Made by a program: the position numbers and the translations under genes. Positions 1 to 13,964 of a stretch of DNA of 64,000 bases are shown piece after piece; positions within the stretch are counted from its first letter, which is position 1, and every line of letters starts with the position of its first letter. The notes below the pieces were generated by a model. That model had not been told where the DNA came from. It did not search any database and worked only from the letters and a program-made list of their open reading frames with translations. The DNA comes from Eledone cirrhosa (Eukaryota): assembly GCA_964016885.1 (NCBI GenBank), contig OZ024742.1:28272001-28336000 (forward strand). The letters run 5' to 3'.

Positions 1-285
1 TCTATTCCTGTATGTATGTAAATATATATATGTGTATATATATATATATATAAATACATAAATACGTGTATATATATATATGCATATGTATATACCCATA
101 TATAAATATGTATACATATACATACATATATACAAATACATACATATATACAAATATATATATATTGTGTATCTATATATATTTATTTTGTGTTTATATA
201 TATGTGTGAGTGTGTACACACACATATATTCCTCTCTGTCTCTTTGTATGTATATATACAAAAGAAAAAAATATATATATATATT

Positions 286-316
<31 letters not shown>
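1..316. repeat. (TA)n/(TG)n compound microsatellite
   Basis: Direct inspection: TA, TACA and TG runs. Confidence 0.95.
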
Positions 317-339
317 TCATTTCACATGGGGTAGGTAGT

Positions 340-530
340 AAGATTATTAGAAATTGTTGAAATCTCAATTAAATGGTGATTGTACTATTTAGTTATGTCC
401 CTTTACACTTCTCAGATGAAATCAGGCTAAGGTCGACAAAATAACTCACAGTCAAGTACTGGGCTTGATGTTATCAAATATATACCACCCCCAAAATATG
501 AGGTCTTCCTATGTTAGAAATCAATATTAT
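340..530 (+). mobile_element. Degenerate SINE copy (family B)
   Basis: ggtcgacaaaataactcacagtcaagtactgggcttgatg matches the core of better-preserved copies at 45166-45354 and 58223-59010. Confidence 0.55.
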
Positions 531-611
531 TACTGCTGGTTCCACAATAAAATATATTCAGTATTCACTATAAGGTGATTGGCATTCATCTAAAGTCTGC
601 TTCAAGCCAGG

Positions 612-775
612 AGTCTCATCAGGCTGGTGTTTATCCTGGTTTACATAACTATATATATAACTGACTGTGAGTACAAGACTTCCCCCTAGACAGTACATAA
701 GGTGACAGTCCATTGCAGGGTTAAACCCTCATTTTCAGCTGAGTATCCCGGAACAACATGAAATGTGTTGTCTAT
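612..775 (-). mobile_element. Degenerate tRNA-SINE fragment
   Basis: Alignable by eye to 15640-15885 (ctcatyagrctggt...aagactyccc...ggttaaaccct...tttcagctgagt...gaaatg). Confidence 0.55.
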
Positions 776-1179
776 GAGGTGGTCCCTTGACCCATTTGGA
801 ATGACAATAGTGATGCTATATGTCAATACAGTGCCTCTATGACTCCCTCAGCAGTTACAGAACCATGTCGGCATTCATTTAGTTATATATATTTCCATTA
901 GGTGTAGAAACCATATTGAGCTTAACTTTGTCTTATCTGCACCTATGGCTCAGAATTGTTGATCTGCCATTGATTTGACAAAGTTATTTTTCCTGAGCAC
1001 TGAAACGTAACCCTTTCATTACCATATTTCTATTGAAACAATCTATTTATGATTTTCAAATAATTTTGAATACAAGAATTTGGAGAGATTTAATCATTTA
1101 ACTAACTTTCTGATTGATAAGCTGGTGTTTGGAACATAACATAACCAAGGTTCTTACAGATAATTATGATGGAAGAATT

Positions 1180-1343
1180 TTGTGGTTGGTGTTAGGAAGG
1201 ACATCCAACTGTATAAACACCAGCCAAATTTACAGTCCCGTTAGAGCAAGGTACCATGTGGCCAATCCGGGCCAGACTTGTCTCTCAACGCAGATGACCC
1301 GTCTGACCCATGCAAGCATGGAAAAATGGTGATGATGATGATG
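1180..1343 (+). mobile_element. RTE/SINE shared 3' tail fragment
   Basis: gtggttggtgttaggaagg...cccatgcaagcatggaaaa followed by (GAT)n; same tail as 13679-13847. Confidence 0.75.
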
Positions 1344-1734
1344 TATAGAAAAAATTGACAAAGTACCAGACCTTATTTCTTACTGAGTGGGGTTGAACCC
1401 ATCAAATAGAACCAAGGAAACAATGTTTCCATTGGTTTTTCTATTGCTGATACTATCAACCAATCACAACTCTTGACAGATTCACAAATATAAGTGAAAT
1501 AAAACAAACAGTTTTGAATTTTAGAAAGAAGGACAGTTTATGGCAGTTTGATATGAAAACGGTTAAGGAAGATATTTTATCAATCCTATAATTGTTTCTG
1601 TTGCTCATTATGGAGATAAAATTGTATTTCTTTATTGGACTCCTTCACAGTATCACAGACAACGCCACGGCAACAGAGAAAGATTCTTTCTGAGTCAGCA
1701 AAGGAAATTTTCAATGTGTTTACTACCTCTCCAC

Positions 1735-1756
1735 CTCTCTCTCTCTCTCACACACA

Positions 1757-1788
<32 letters not shown>

Positions 1789-2010
1789 TTCTCTCTCTCT
1801 GCGTGTGTATGAGCATGTGTGTGTGTGTTTGAGTGTGTACATGTGTGTATGTGTGAGTGTGTGTGTTTGAGTGTGTATGTGTGTGTATGTGTGTGCATGT
1901 GTATGTGAGTGTGTGTATGCATGCACGTGTGTGTATGTACATGTGTGTGACCATGTGTGTGTGTGTGTGTGTGCATGTGTGTGTCAAAGTGTGTGTATGT
2001 GCATGTGTGT
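1735..2010. repeat. (CT)n/(CA)n/(TG)n compound microsatellite
   Basis: Direct inspection. Confidence 0.95.
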
Positions 2011-2063
2011 ATCCATCATACTGGATTATATGGATTGTTTTCAAATAGTTGTGTACTTAATGT

Positions 2064-5000
2064 CTATAGTAGAATAACAAAAACATACAAAATATTACTA
2101 CCACCACTACTGCCACCATCACAACCACCACCAATATAACCACTACCTCTACCAATACCACCACCACCAATACAACCACTACCAATACCAATACCACCAC
2201 TACCAACACCACCACTACCAACATTACCACAACCACTACCTCTACCAATACCACCACCACCAATACAACCACTACCTCTACCAATACCACCACTACCAAC
2301 ACCACCACTGCCAACATTACCACAACCACTACCAACATTACCACAACCACTACCAACATTACCACAACCACTACCAACATTACCACAACCACTACCAACA
2401 TTACCACAACCACATCCACTACCAACATTACCACAACCACAACCACTACCAACATTACCACAACCACTACCAACATTACCACTACCACTACCAACATTAC
2501 CACAACCACAACCACTACCAACATTACCACAACCACAACCACTACCAACATTACCACAACCACAACCACTACCAACATTACCACAACCACAACCACTACC
2601 AACATTACCACAACCACAACCACTACCAACATTACCACAACCACTACCACTACCAACATTACCACAACCACAACCACTACCAACATTACCACAACCACAA
2701 CCACTACCAACATTACCACAACCACAACCACTACCAACATTAGCACTACCACTACCAACATTACCACAACCACAACCACTACCAACATTACCACAACCAC
2801 AACCACTACCAACATTACCACAACCACAACCACTACCAACATTACCACTACCACTACCAACATTACCACAACCACAACCACTACCAACATTACCACAACC
2901 ACTACCACTACCAACATTACCACAACCACAACCACTACCAACATTACCACAACCACAACCACTACCAACATTACCACAACCACAACCACTACCAACATTA
3001 CCACAACCACAACCACTACCAACATTACCACAACCACAACCACTACCAACATTAGCACTACCACTACCAACATTACCACAACCACAACCACTACCAACAT
3101 TACCACAACCACAACCACTACCAACATTACCACAACCACAACCACTACCAACATTACCACTACCACTACCAACATTACCACAACCACAACCACTACCAAC
3201 ATTACCACAACCACTACCACTACCAACATTACCACAACCACAACCACTACCAACATTACCACAACCACAACCACTACCAACATTACCACAACCACAACCA
3301 CTACCAACATTACCACAACCACAACCACTACCAACATTACCACTAGCACTACCAACATTACCACAACCACAACCACTACCAACATTACCACTAGCACTAC
3401 CAACATTACCACAACCACAACCACTACCAACATTACCACAACCACAACCACTACCAACATTACCACAACCACAACCACTACCAACATTACCACAACCACA
3501 ACCACTACCAACATTACCACAACCACAACCACTACCAGCATTACCACAACCACAACCACTACCAACATTACCACTACCACTACCAACATTACCACAACCA
3601 CAACCACTACCAACATTACCACAACCACTACCAACATTACCACAACCACAACCACTACCAACATTACCACTACCACTACCAACATTACCACAACCACTAC
3701 CACTACCAACATTACCACAACCACAACCACTACCAACATTACCACAACCACAACCACTACCAACATTACCACAACCACAACCACTACCAACATTACCACT
3801 ACCACTACCACTACCAACATTACCACAACCACTACCACTACCAACATTACCACAACAACAACCACTACCAACATTACCACAACCACTACCAACATTACCA
3901 CAACCACAACCACTACCAACATTACCACTACCACTACCAACATTACCACAACCACAACCACTACCAACATTACCACAACCACAACCACTACCAACATTAC
4001 CACAACCACAACCACTACCAACATTACCACTACCACTACCAACATTACCACAACCACAACCACTACCAACATTACCACAACCACAACCACTACCAACATT
4101 ACCACAACCACTACCACTACCGACACTACCACTACCAACATTACCACAACAACAACCACTACCAACATTACCACAACCACAACCACTACCAACATTACCA
4201 CTAGCACTACCAACATTACCACAACCACAACCACTACCAACATTACCACAACCACAACCACTACCAACATTACCACAACCACAACCACTACCAACATTAC
4301 CACAACCACAACCACTACCAACATTACCACAACCACAACCACTACCAGCATTACCACAACCACAACCACTACCAACATTACCACAACCACAACCACTACC
4401 AACATTACCACTACCACTACCAACATTACCACAACCACAACCACTACCAACATTACCACAACCACAACCACTACCAACATTACCACAACCACAACCACTA
4501 CCAACATTACCACAACCACAACCACTACCAACATTACCACAACCACTACCACTACCAACATTACCACAACCACTACCAACATTACCACAACCACAACCAC
4601 TACCAACATTACCACTACCACTACCAACATTACCACAACCACAACCACTACCAACATTACCACAACCACAACCACTACCAACATTACCACAACCACAACC
4701 ACTACCAACATTACCACAACCACAACCACTACCAACATTACCACAACCAACATTACCACAACCACAACCACTACCAACATTACCACAACCACAACCACTA
4801 CCAACATTACCACAACCACAACCACTACCAACATTACCACAACCACTACCACTACCAACATTACCACAACCACTACCAACATTACCACAACCACAACCAC
4901 TACCAACATTACCACAACCACAACCACTACCAACATTACCACTACCACTACCAACATTACCACAACCACAACCACTACCAACATTACCACAACCACAACC

Positions 5001-8000
5001 ACTACCAACATTACCACAACCACAACCACTACCAACATTACCACAACCACAACCACTACCAACATTACCACAACCACTACCAACATTACCACAACCACAA
5101 CCACTACCAACATTACCACAACCACAACCACTACCAACATTACCACAACCACAACCACTACCAACATTACCACAACCACTACCAACATTACCACAACCAC
5201 AACCACTACCAACATTACCACAACCACAACCACTACCAACATTACCACAACCACAACCACTACCAACATTACCACAACCACAACCACTACCAACATTACC
5301 ACAACCACAACCACTACCAACATTACCACAACCACTACCACTACCAACATTACCACAACCACTACCAACATTACCACAACCACAACCACTACCAACATTA
5401 CCACAACCACAACCACTACCAACATTACCACAACCACTACCAACATTACCACAACCACTACCAACATTACCACAACCACAACCACTACCAACATTACCAC
5501 AACCACTACCAACATTACCACAACCACTACCAACATTACCACAACCACAACCACTACCAACATTACCACAACCACAACCACTACCAACATTACCACAACC
5601 ACTACCACTACCAACATTACCACAACCACTACCAACATTACCACTACCACTACCACTACCAACATTACCACAACCACTACCAACATTACCACAACCACTA
5701 CCACTACCAACATTACCACAACCACTACCAACATTACCACAACCACAACCACTACCAACATTACCACAACCACAACCACTACCAACATTACCACAACCAC
5801 TACCAACATTACCACAACCACAACCACTACCAACATTACCACAACCACAACCACTACCAACATTACCACTGCCACTACCAACATTACCACAACCACAACC
5901 ACTACCAACATTACCACAACCACAACCACTACCAACATTACCACAACCACAACCACTACCAACATTACCACAACCACAACCACTACCAACATTACCACAA
6001 CCACAACCACTACCAACATTACCACTGCCACTACCAACATTACCACAACCACAACCACTACCAACATTACCACAACCACAACCACTACCAACATTACCAC
6101 AACCACAACCACTACCAACATTACCACTGCCACTACCAACATTACCACAACCACAACCACTACCAACATTACCACAACCACAACCACTACCAACATTACC
6201 ACAACCACAACCACTACCAACATTACCACAACCACAACCACTACCAACATTACCACAACCACTACCAACATTACCACAACCACAACCACTACCAACATTA
6301 CCACAACCACAACCACTACCAACATTACCACAACCACAACCACTACCAACATTACCACTACCACTACCAACATTACCACAACCACAACCACTACCAACAT
6401 TACCACAACCACTACCAACATTACCACAACCACAACCACTACCAACATTACCACTACCACTACCAACATTACCACAACCACTACCACTACCAACATTACC
6501 ACAACCACAACCACTACCAACATTACCACAACCACAACCACTACCAACATTACCACAACCACAACCACTACCAACATTACCACTACCACTACCACTACCA
6601 ACATTACCACAACAACAACCACTACCAACATTACCACAACCACAACCAACATTACCACTACCACTACCAACATTACCACAACCACAACCACTACCAACAT
6701 TACCACTACCACTACCAACATTACCACAACCACAACCACTACCAACATTACCACAACCACAACCACTACCACTACCAACATTACCACAACCACAACCACT
6801 ACCAACATTACCACAACCACAACCACTACCAACATTACCACAACCACTACCACTACCAACATTACCACAACCACAACCACTACCAACATTACTACAACCA
6901 CTACCAACATTACCACAACCACAACCACTACCAACATTACCACAACCACTACCACTACCAACATTACCACAACCACAACCACTACCAACATTACCACTAC
7001 CACTACCAACATTACCACAACCACAACCACTACCAACATTACCACAACCACAACCAACATTACCACAACCACAACCACTACCAACATTACCACAACCACT
7101 ACCAACATTACCACAACCACAACCACTACCAACATTACCACAACCACTACCACTACCAACATTACCACAACCACAACCACTACCAACATTACCACTACCA
7201 CTACCAACATTACCACAACCACAACCACTACCAACATTACCACTACCACTACCAACATTACCACAACCACAACCACTACCAACATTACCACAACCACTAC
7301 CACTACCAACATTACCACAACCACAACCACTACCAACATTACCACTACCACTACCAACATTACCACAACCACAACCACTACCAACATTACCACTACCACT
7401 ACCAACATTACCACAACCACAACCACTACCAACATTACCACTACCACTACCAACATTACCACAACCACAACCACTACCAACATTACCACAACCACTACCA
7501 CTACCAACATTACCACAACCACAACCACTACCAACATTACCACTACCACTACCAACATTACCACTACCACAACCAACATTACCACAACCACAACCAACAT
7601 TACCACAACCACAACCACTACCAACATTACCACAACCACTACCAACATTACCACAACCACAACCACTACCAACATTACCACAACCACTACCACTACCAAC
7701 ATTACCACAACCACAACCACTACCAACATTACCACTACCACTACCAACATTACCACAACCACAACCACTACCAACATTACCACTACCACTACCAACATTA
7801 CCACAACCACAACCACTACCAACATTACCACAACCACTACCACTACCAACATTACCACAACCACAACCACTACCAACATTACCACTACCACTACCAACAT
7901 TACCACAACCACAACCACTACCAACATTACTACAACCACTACCAACATTACCACAACCACAACCACTACCAACATTACCACAACCACTACCAACATTACC

Positions 8001-10399
8001 ACAACCACAACCACTACCAACATTAGCACTACCACTACCAACATTACCACAACCACAACCACTACCAACATTACCACAACCACAACCAACATTACCACAA
8101 CCACAACCACTACCAACATTACCACAACCACTACCACTACCAACATTACCACAACCACAACCACTACCAACATTACCACAACCACAACCACTACCAACAT
8201 TACCACAACCACTACCACTACCGACACTACCACTACCAACATTACCACAACAACAACCACTACCAACATTACCACTACCACTACCAACGTTACCACAACA
8301 ACAACCACTACCACTACCACTACCAACATTACCACAACAACAACCACTACCAACACCACCACAACCACTACCACTACAACCAACATTACCACTACCAACA
8401 TTACTACAACCACTACCACTACCGACACTACCACTACCGACATTACCACAACCACTACCAACATTACCACTACCACTACCGACATTACCACTACCACTAC
8501 CAACATTACCACAACCACTACCACTACCAACATTACCACTACCACTACCAACATTACCACAACCACTACCACTACCGACACTACCACTACCGACACTACC
8601 ACTACCGACACTACCACTACCGACATTACCACTACCACTACCAACATTACCACAACCACTACCACTACCGACATTACCACTACCACTACCGACACTACCA
8701 CAACCACTACCACTACCGACACTACCACTACCGACACTACCACTACCGACACTACCACTACCAACATTACCACAACCACTACCACTACCGACACTACCAC
8801 TACCGACACTACCACAACCACTACCCCTACCGACATTATCACAACCACTACCGACACTACCACTACCGACACTACCACAACCACTACCCCTACCGACATT
8901 ATCACAACCACTACCAACACTACCACTACCGACATTACCACTACCACTACCACTACCGACACTACCACTACCAACATTACCACTACCACTACCGACATTA
9001 CCACTACCACTACCAACATTACCACAACCACTACCACTACCGACACTACCACTACCGACACTACCACAACCAACATTACCACAACCACTACCACTACCGA
9101 CACTACCACTACCGACACTACCACAACCACTACCACTACCGACATTACCACAACCACTACCACTACCAACATTACCACAACCAACACTACCACTACCAAT
9201 GCTACCACGACCAACATACCACAACCACTACCAACACTACCACTACCAACATTACCACAACCAACACTACCAACATTACCACTACCACTACCACTACCAA
9301 CATTACCACAACAACAACCACTACCAACATTAGCACTACCACTACCAACACCACCACAACCACTACCACTACAACCAACATTACCACTACCGACATTACC
9401 AACACTACCACTACCAACATTACCACAACCAACACTACCAACATTACCACTACCACTACCGACACTACCACTACATACATTACCACAACCACTACCACAA
9501 CCACTACAAACATTACCACAACCACTACCACACCCACTACCATTACCACAACCAATAATAGCATAACTATCAACAGAACCACCGCTACCACCACAACTAC
9601 TACCAGTACCACCACCACAACCACAACCACTACCACCACAACTACTACCAGTACCACCACTACCACCACAACCACTACCACTACAACTACTACCACCACA
9701 ACCAATACCACCACAACCACTACCACCACAACTACTACCAATACCACGACTAACACGACAACCACTACCACCACTACCACCACAACTACTACCACTACCA
9801 CCACAACCACCACAACCACTACCACCACAACCACTACCACCATTACCACTACCACCACTACCACCACAAATACTACCAGTACCACCACTACCACCACAAC
9901 CAATAACACCACAACCACTACCACCACTACCACCACAACTACTACCACTACCACCACAACCACTACCACCACAACCACTACCACCACTACCATCACAACC
10001 AATACCACCACAACCACTACCACCACAACTACTACCAATACCACGACTAACACGACAACCACTACCACCACTACCACCACAACTACTACCACTACCACCA
10101 CTACTACCACAACCACTACCACCACAACCACTACCACCACTACCATCACAACCAATACCACCACAACCACTACCACCACTACCACCACAACTACTACCAG
10201 TACCACCACTACCATCACAACCAATACCACCACAACCACTACCACCACTACCACCACAACTACTACCAGTACCACCACTACCATCACAACCAATACCACC
10301 ACAACCACTACCACCACTACCACCACAACTACTACCAATACCACCACTACCATCACAACTAGTACCACCACCATCATTATAGTTACTGTTATTTTCCAT
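2064..10399 (-). CDS. Hypothetical ~2,780-aa Gly/Cys/Ser-rich repeat protein (GSGCGCGNV)n; needs a 1-nt correction at ~9217
   Basis: ATG at 10399 opens a G/S/C frame that slips at ccaacatacc (9211-9220; consensus ccaacattacc) into the frame of ORF 2064..9224, ending GGSSGGSNILYVFVILL*. No signal peptide. Coding status unproven. Confidence 0.25.
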
Positions 10400-10405
10400 A
10401 GCTAA
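2073..10405 (+). CDS. Alternative hypothetical mucin-like exon (TTTTTTTNI)n, antisense and in register with the Gly/Cys frame
   Basis: Stop-free from 2073 (after TAGTAG, a possible acceptor) to TAA 10403-10405 with the same 1-nt slip; N-I-T/S sequon in almost every core unit; no ATG, so absent from the ORF track. Confidence 0.2.
2097..10376. repeat. Giant triplet-phased tandem array; main unit CCACAACCACAACCACTACCAACATTA (27 nt) with 15/21/33-nt variants; 69-nt higher-order units at the right end
   Basis: Direct inspection; homogeneous core ~2310-8210, more divergent 8210-9530, distinct ACC-rich domain 9530-10376. Confidence 0.97.
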
Positions 10406-10436
10406 TTTTGAAATAAGATTAAACTAATGTTTTAAC

Positions 10437-10850
10437 ATGACCGTAACCACAATTGCTGCCACCACCACCACCACCACCACCACCACTACCAACATTACCA
10501 TTGCCACCACCACCACAATTGCCTTAACTACCACTACCACCAACAACACCCTCATTGCCATCACCCCCAATACCACCACTACCATTGCCTTAACCACCAC
10601 TACCACCAACAACAACACCCTCATTACCATCACCCCCACTACCACCACCACCACCATTGCCTTAACTACCACTACCACCACCACTATTGCCTTAACCACC
10701 ACTACCACCACCAACAACAACACCCTCATTACCATCACCCCCACTACCACCAACACCACCATTGCCTTAACTACCGCCACCACCACCACCGACAACAACA
10801 ACACCCTCATTACCATCACCCCCACTACCACCACCACTGCCACCATCAGC
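10437..10850. repeat. ACC-rich minisatellite with recurring attgccttaac and aacaccctcatt motifs (Thr-rich ORF 10437..10880)
   Basis: Direct inspection; about four diverged higher-order units. Confidence 0.85.
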
Positions 10851-11424
10851 AGAAATTTTAATATATCTTTCTGTACATAGATAATCTTTTAATGTAAATA
10901 ATCCACCATTGATCTGTCCAAGTATTATTGCTAATCTATTTATCTATCAATCAATCAGAAGTCGCCGTCTCTGAGTGTACCACCCTATATCAGACGGACC
11001 TAATCTGAAAGTCTTAACATCCGATCCAATATTCCTCAAACACATCGTATTCCAAGAATTGATATTGAAATTATTTCAAAATCTCTTTAGTTATATATTT
11101 CTTTATCTATTTGATTTTTGCATTATATGTATTTATTTTCGTTCGTACTTTTATCTAACAGTGCAAAGACTTCTAAATCAATAGTTTCTATTCACTCCTT
11201 TCTCTTAGCCTTTTTATTATCACTGTTGCCATATATATATCTTATGTGTGTGTCCATATGTGTGATGTGTGGACACTGTATGACTGAATGGTTAAGATGT
11301 TGGCTTTGCAATTATTAGGTCCTAGATTCGATACCATATGTGACATCTTGATCCTGGGTAAGTTTTAATTACCAAAGCATCAGGTCTGATTTCAGGCCTT
11401 TGTATAAGGACACTATAACGGTAT

Positions 11425-11660
11425 TTTGGATATCTCTTGGTTATCTCTCCTTTCAACCAGTACTGTACAACCAGGTCAGTGAGCTTCTCAAGGAGTGAAC
11501 CACCACCATGCTTGTACACCTCAGTGGGAATACTGTCAACACCAGGATCCCTATGTATTTTCAGGTGGGTCACTGCAATCTTTACCTCCTCTATGGATGG
11601 TGGTGCATCCAGCTCACTGTCAACTTGCTGCTGTGAGTTGTTGTTGATCGAAGTATCTGT
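11425..11660 (-). pseudogene. RTE LINE fragment, start of the RT region
   Basis: ELDAPPSIEEVKIAVTHLKIHRDPGVDSIPTEVYKHGG...LLEKLTDL...W matches the RTE motif PTxxEVxxAIxxLKxxKAPGxDGIPAE. Confidence 0.85.
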
Positions 11661-11664
11661 CACC

Positions 11665-12050
11665 ACGCGTTTGTCTCCAGTTTTCTATGGCGAACTACAT
11701 CAAGGTGAGTCAAGTGAAACCAAGGGGCCCTTTGAAAATTCTTCAAGGCTCAACTCAAGTGCCAGCTGGTCCAAGGCAATATTGATGACAGGGAATAAGA
11801 ACACCTGGCACAAGACAGAGAGAAATGGAGAGTGACCATCAAAACAGCTGGAGCCAGCTTTGAGGAGGGCAAAAAGGTGGCAGCTGAAGACAAACATCAA
11901 GGAAGAAAGCAGCCTGCCATCCAACCACCAACTGACTAAATACACACTTGCCTCAACTTTACCAGAGCCGTGCAGCCACCTCAGGGTGTGCCACAGCACT
12001 GAACAGGGAAATTCTTCCCACTGTTCTTTGCAAGTGAAGAATTCTTAACC
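11665..12050 (+). pseudogene. RTE LINE C-terminal fragment, opposite orientation to its neighbour
   Basis: RLSPVFYGELHQG...GP resembles the RTE motif RLPxxxxYGELxxGxR; heavily decayed. Confidence 0.6.
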
Positions 12051-12627
12051 ATTCATTCATATGACTGAATGGTTAAGAAGATTGCTTTGCAATCATTAGG
12101 TCCCAGAATCAATGCCACATCTGACATCTTGATCTTGCATTGTACCGGCTGTTTGAAACTTATCAGTCATTTATTACATGACAAAGGTTCTTACATAAAA
12201 AGGTTTAAGGGAAATTTGGTAGCTGTTTCTAAAGGGCTGAATAACAATGTAAATGCCTACTTGTTAGCTTTAAAGGAAGAGATGGCTAACACACCTTTTG
12301 ACAAGTCAGAAGACATTATATGGTTTATCTAACATATGATGACTATGTTGGTAGTACTGATGAGAAGGATGATGATGATGACATAATTGATAATTATGAT
12401 GATGATGATAATAATGTAATAAGGAATAAGACAATGATGAACATTTTTATACTAGTGTTCCTTTTTATGGTCATTGGAATAGTAAAGGAAAATGGTGATG
12501 ATATATATATATATATGTGTGTGTGTATATTAAATATAGATTAATGGAGATGTGTGTATGCATATGATTATATATATTTATTATTTATATAAGAGAGTAT
12601 TGAAGTTTGCTTGAATCATTGTGGAAC

Positions 12628-12995
12628 AATAAGTAAATATCTTTAAGTCGTTTGGAAGCCTCGACAATGCAAATCGGTAAATCTCCGGGTAACAAGGTCC
12701 GGTGGTGGAGAGAGAGATGTAAGTGGGTGTACGTTGAGATGCGTGGTGTGTATAAGATGTGTGAGATGTGTAGAATGAAGGGAAGAGTATAAAGGATAAA
12801 AATAAAAATAATTATTTTTATTTTTATCCTTTATACTCTTCCCTTCATTCTACACATCTCACACATCTTATACACACCACGCATCTCAACGTACACCCAC
12901 TTACATCTCTCTCTCCACCACCGGACCTTGTTACCCGGAGATTTACCCATTTGCATTGTCGAGGCTTCCAAACGACTTAAAGATATTTACTTATT
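12628..12995. repeat. Spacer-less palindrome with 184-bp arms and one mismatch
   Basis: Centre 12811/12812 (ggataaaaataaaaataa|ttatttttatttttatcc); arms match except aaatcggt versus acccattt. Confidence 0.95.
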
Positions 12996-13038
12996 ATTTA
13001 TATATATATATATATATATAAATAAATATATATATATA

Positions 13039-13847
13039 TACGAACAGCAATGCTGCATGGCAGTGAGACCTGGGCATTGTGTGCAGAGGATATACGCAGA
13101 CTAGAGAGGAACGAAGCTTGCATGCTCCGCTGGATGTGTAACAGTAATATACGTGAACGGCAAAGCATAAACGAACTAAGGAAAAAATTAGAGATAAGAG
13201 GGATCAGATGTTGTTTACTCGAGAGAAGGCTACGTTGGTATGGACACGTGATGCGCATGAAAGTCGATAGCTGTATAACAAAGTGCAGGGCAATAAAGAT
13301 AGACGGTAGTCACGGAATAGGCAGACCTAGAAAAACCTGGGACGAGCTGATAAACTCCGACATCACACACTTACACCTCTCCAAGACAATGTCACTGGAC
13401 CGAGACCTTTGGCGGTACTCAGTAACAGAGAAGACCCGCCTTACCTAAATATATAGTAAAACCTACTCCAGCCAGTAGGCATCTCTAATAAAATACACCC
13501 CGTCCCACCACCACCACCCCCATCCCATCCACACCACCCCGTTCTATGTAAAGTTATGTTGGTGCCGCGCTATCCAGGCCGAAACAAATGAGATCGTGTA
13601 GGTGTCACGACAAAAAAACACACAGTCCACGCTGTAATGTGGCCGTGTAGGCAACACGGTAAAAACCTCCCAGACCCACACTGTAAATGTGGTTGGTGTT
13701 AGGAAGGGCATCCAACTGTAGAAAACCTGCCAGACAGTCCTATGCGAGCAAGACAATCACTCTTGCCTCAAGTGGGACTACCCCCGTCCAAACCCATGCA
13801 AGCGTGGAACACGGACGTTAAACGTTGATGATGATGATGATGATGAT
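13039..13847 (+). mobile_element. 5'-truncated RTE LINE (family A): ORF end 13050-13448, 3'UTR and (GAT)n tail
   Basis: MLHGSETW...RRLRWYGHVMR...GRPRKTW motifs; GAT tail; TA tracts on both sides; near-identical copy at 27771. Confidence 0.93.
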
Positions 13848-13964
13848 ATAAATATATCTATATATATATATGTAGAAGTTATATTTAATTTGTTGGGATA
13901 CAACAAGCAAATATTTTTATAACTGATATAAAGCACTCAACAAATTTTTTGGAGTAAAAATACA

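Noticed and set aside
590-630. CTGATGA on - as a hammerhead
   Set aside because: Followed by GAAG rather than GAAA, and the helices do not close
2140-9216. Other + frames of the array, (PQPQPLPTL)n and (HNHNHYQHY)n
   Set aside because: The His frame is broken by TAG variants; the Pro frame has no start or other support and shows that openness here is largely compositional
2057-10399. 2,780-aa ORF read as poly-Val (VVVVVVVML)n
   Set aside because: It is a frame-slip product of the repeat; thousands of consecutive hydrophobic residues are implausible
10959-11010. Possible terminal exon (EVAVSECTTLYQTDLI*)
   Set aside because: Weak acceptor and no independent support
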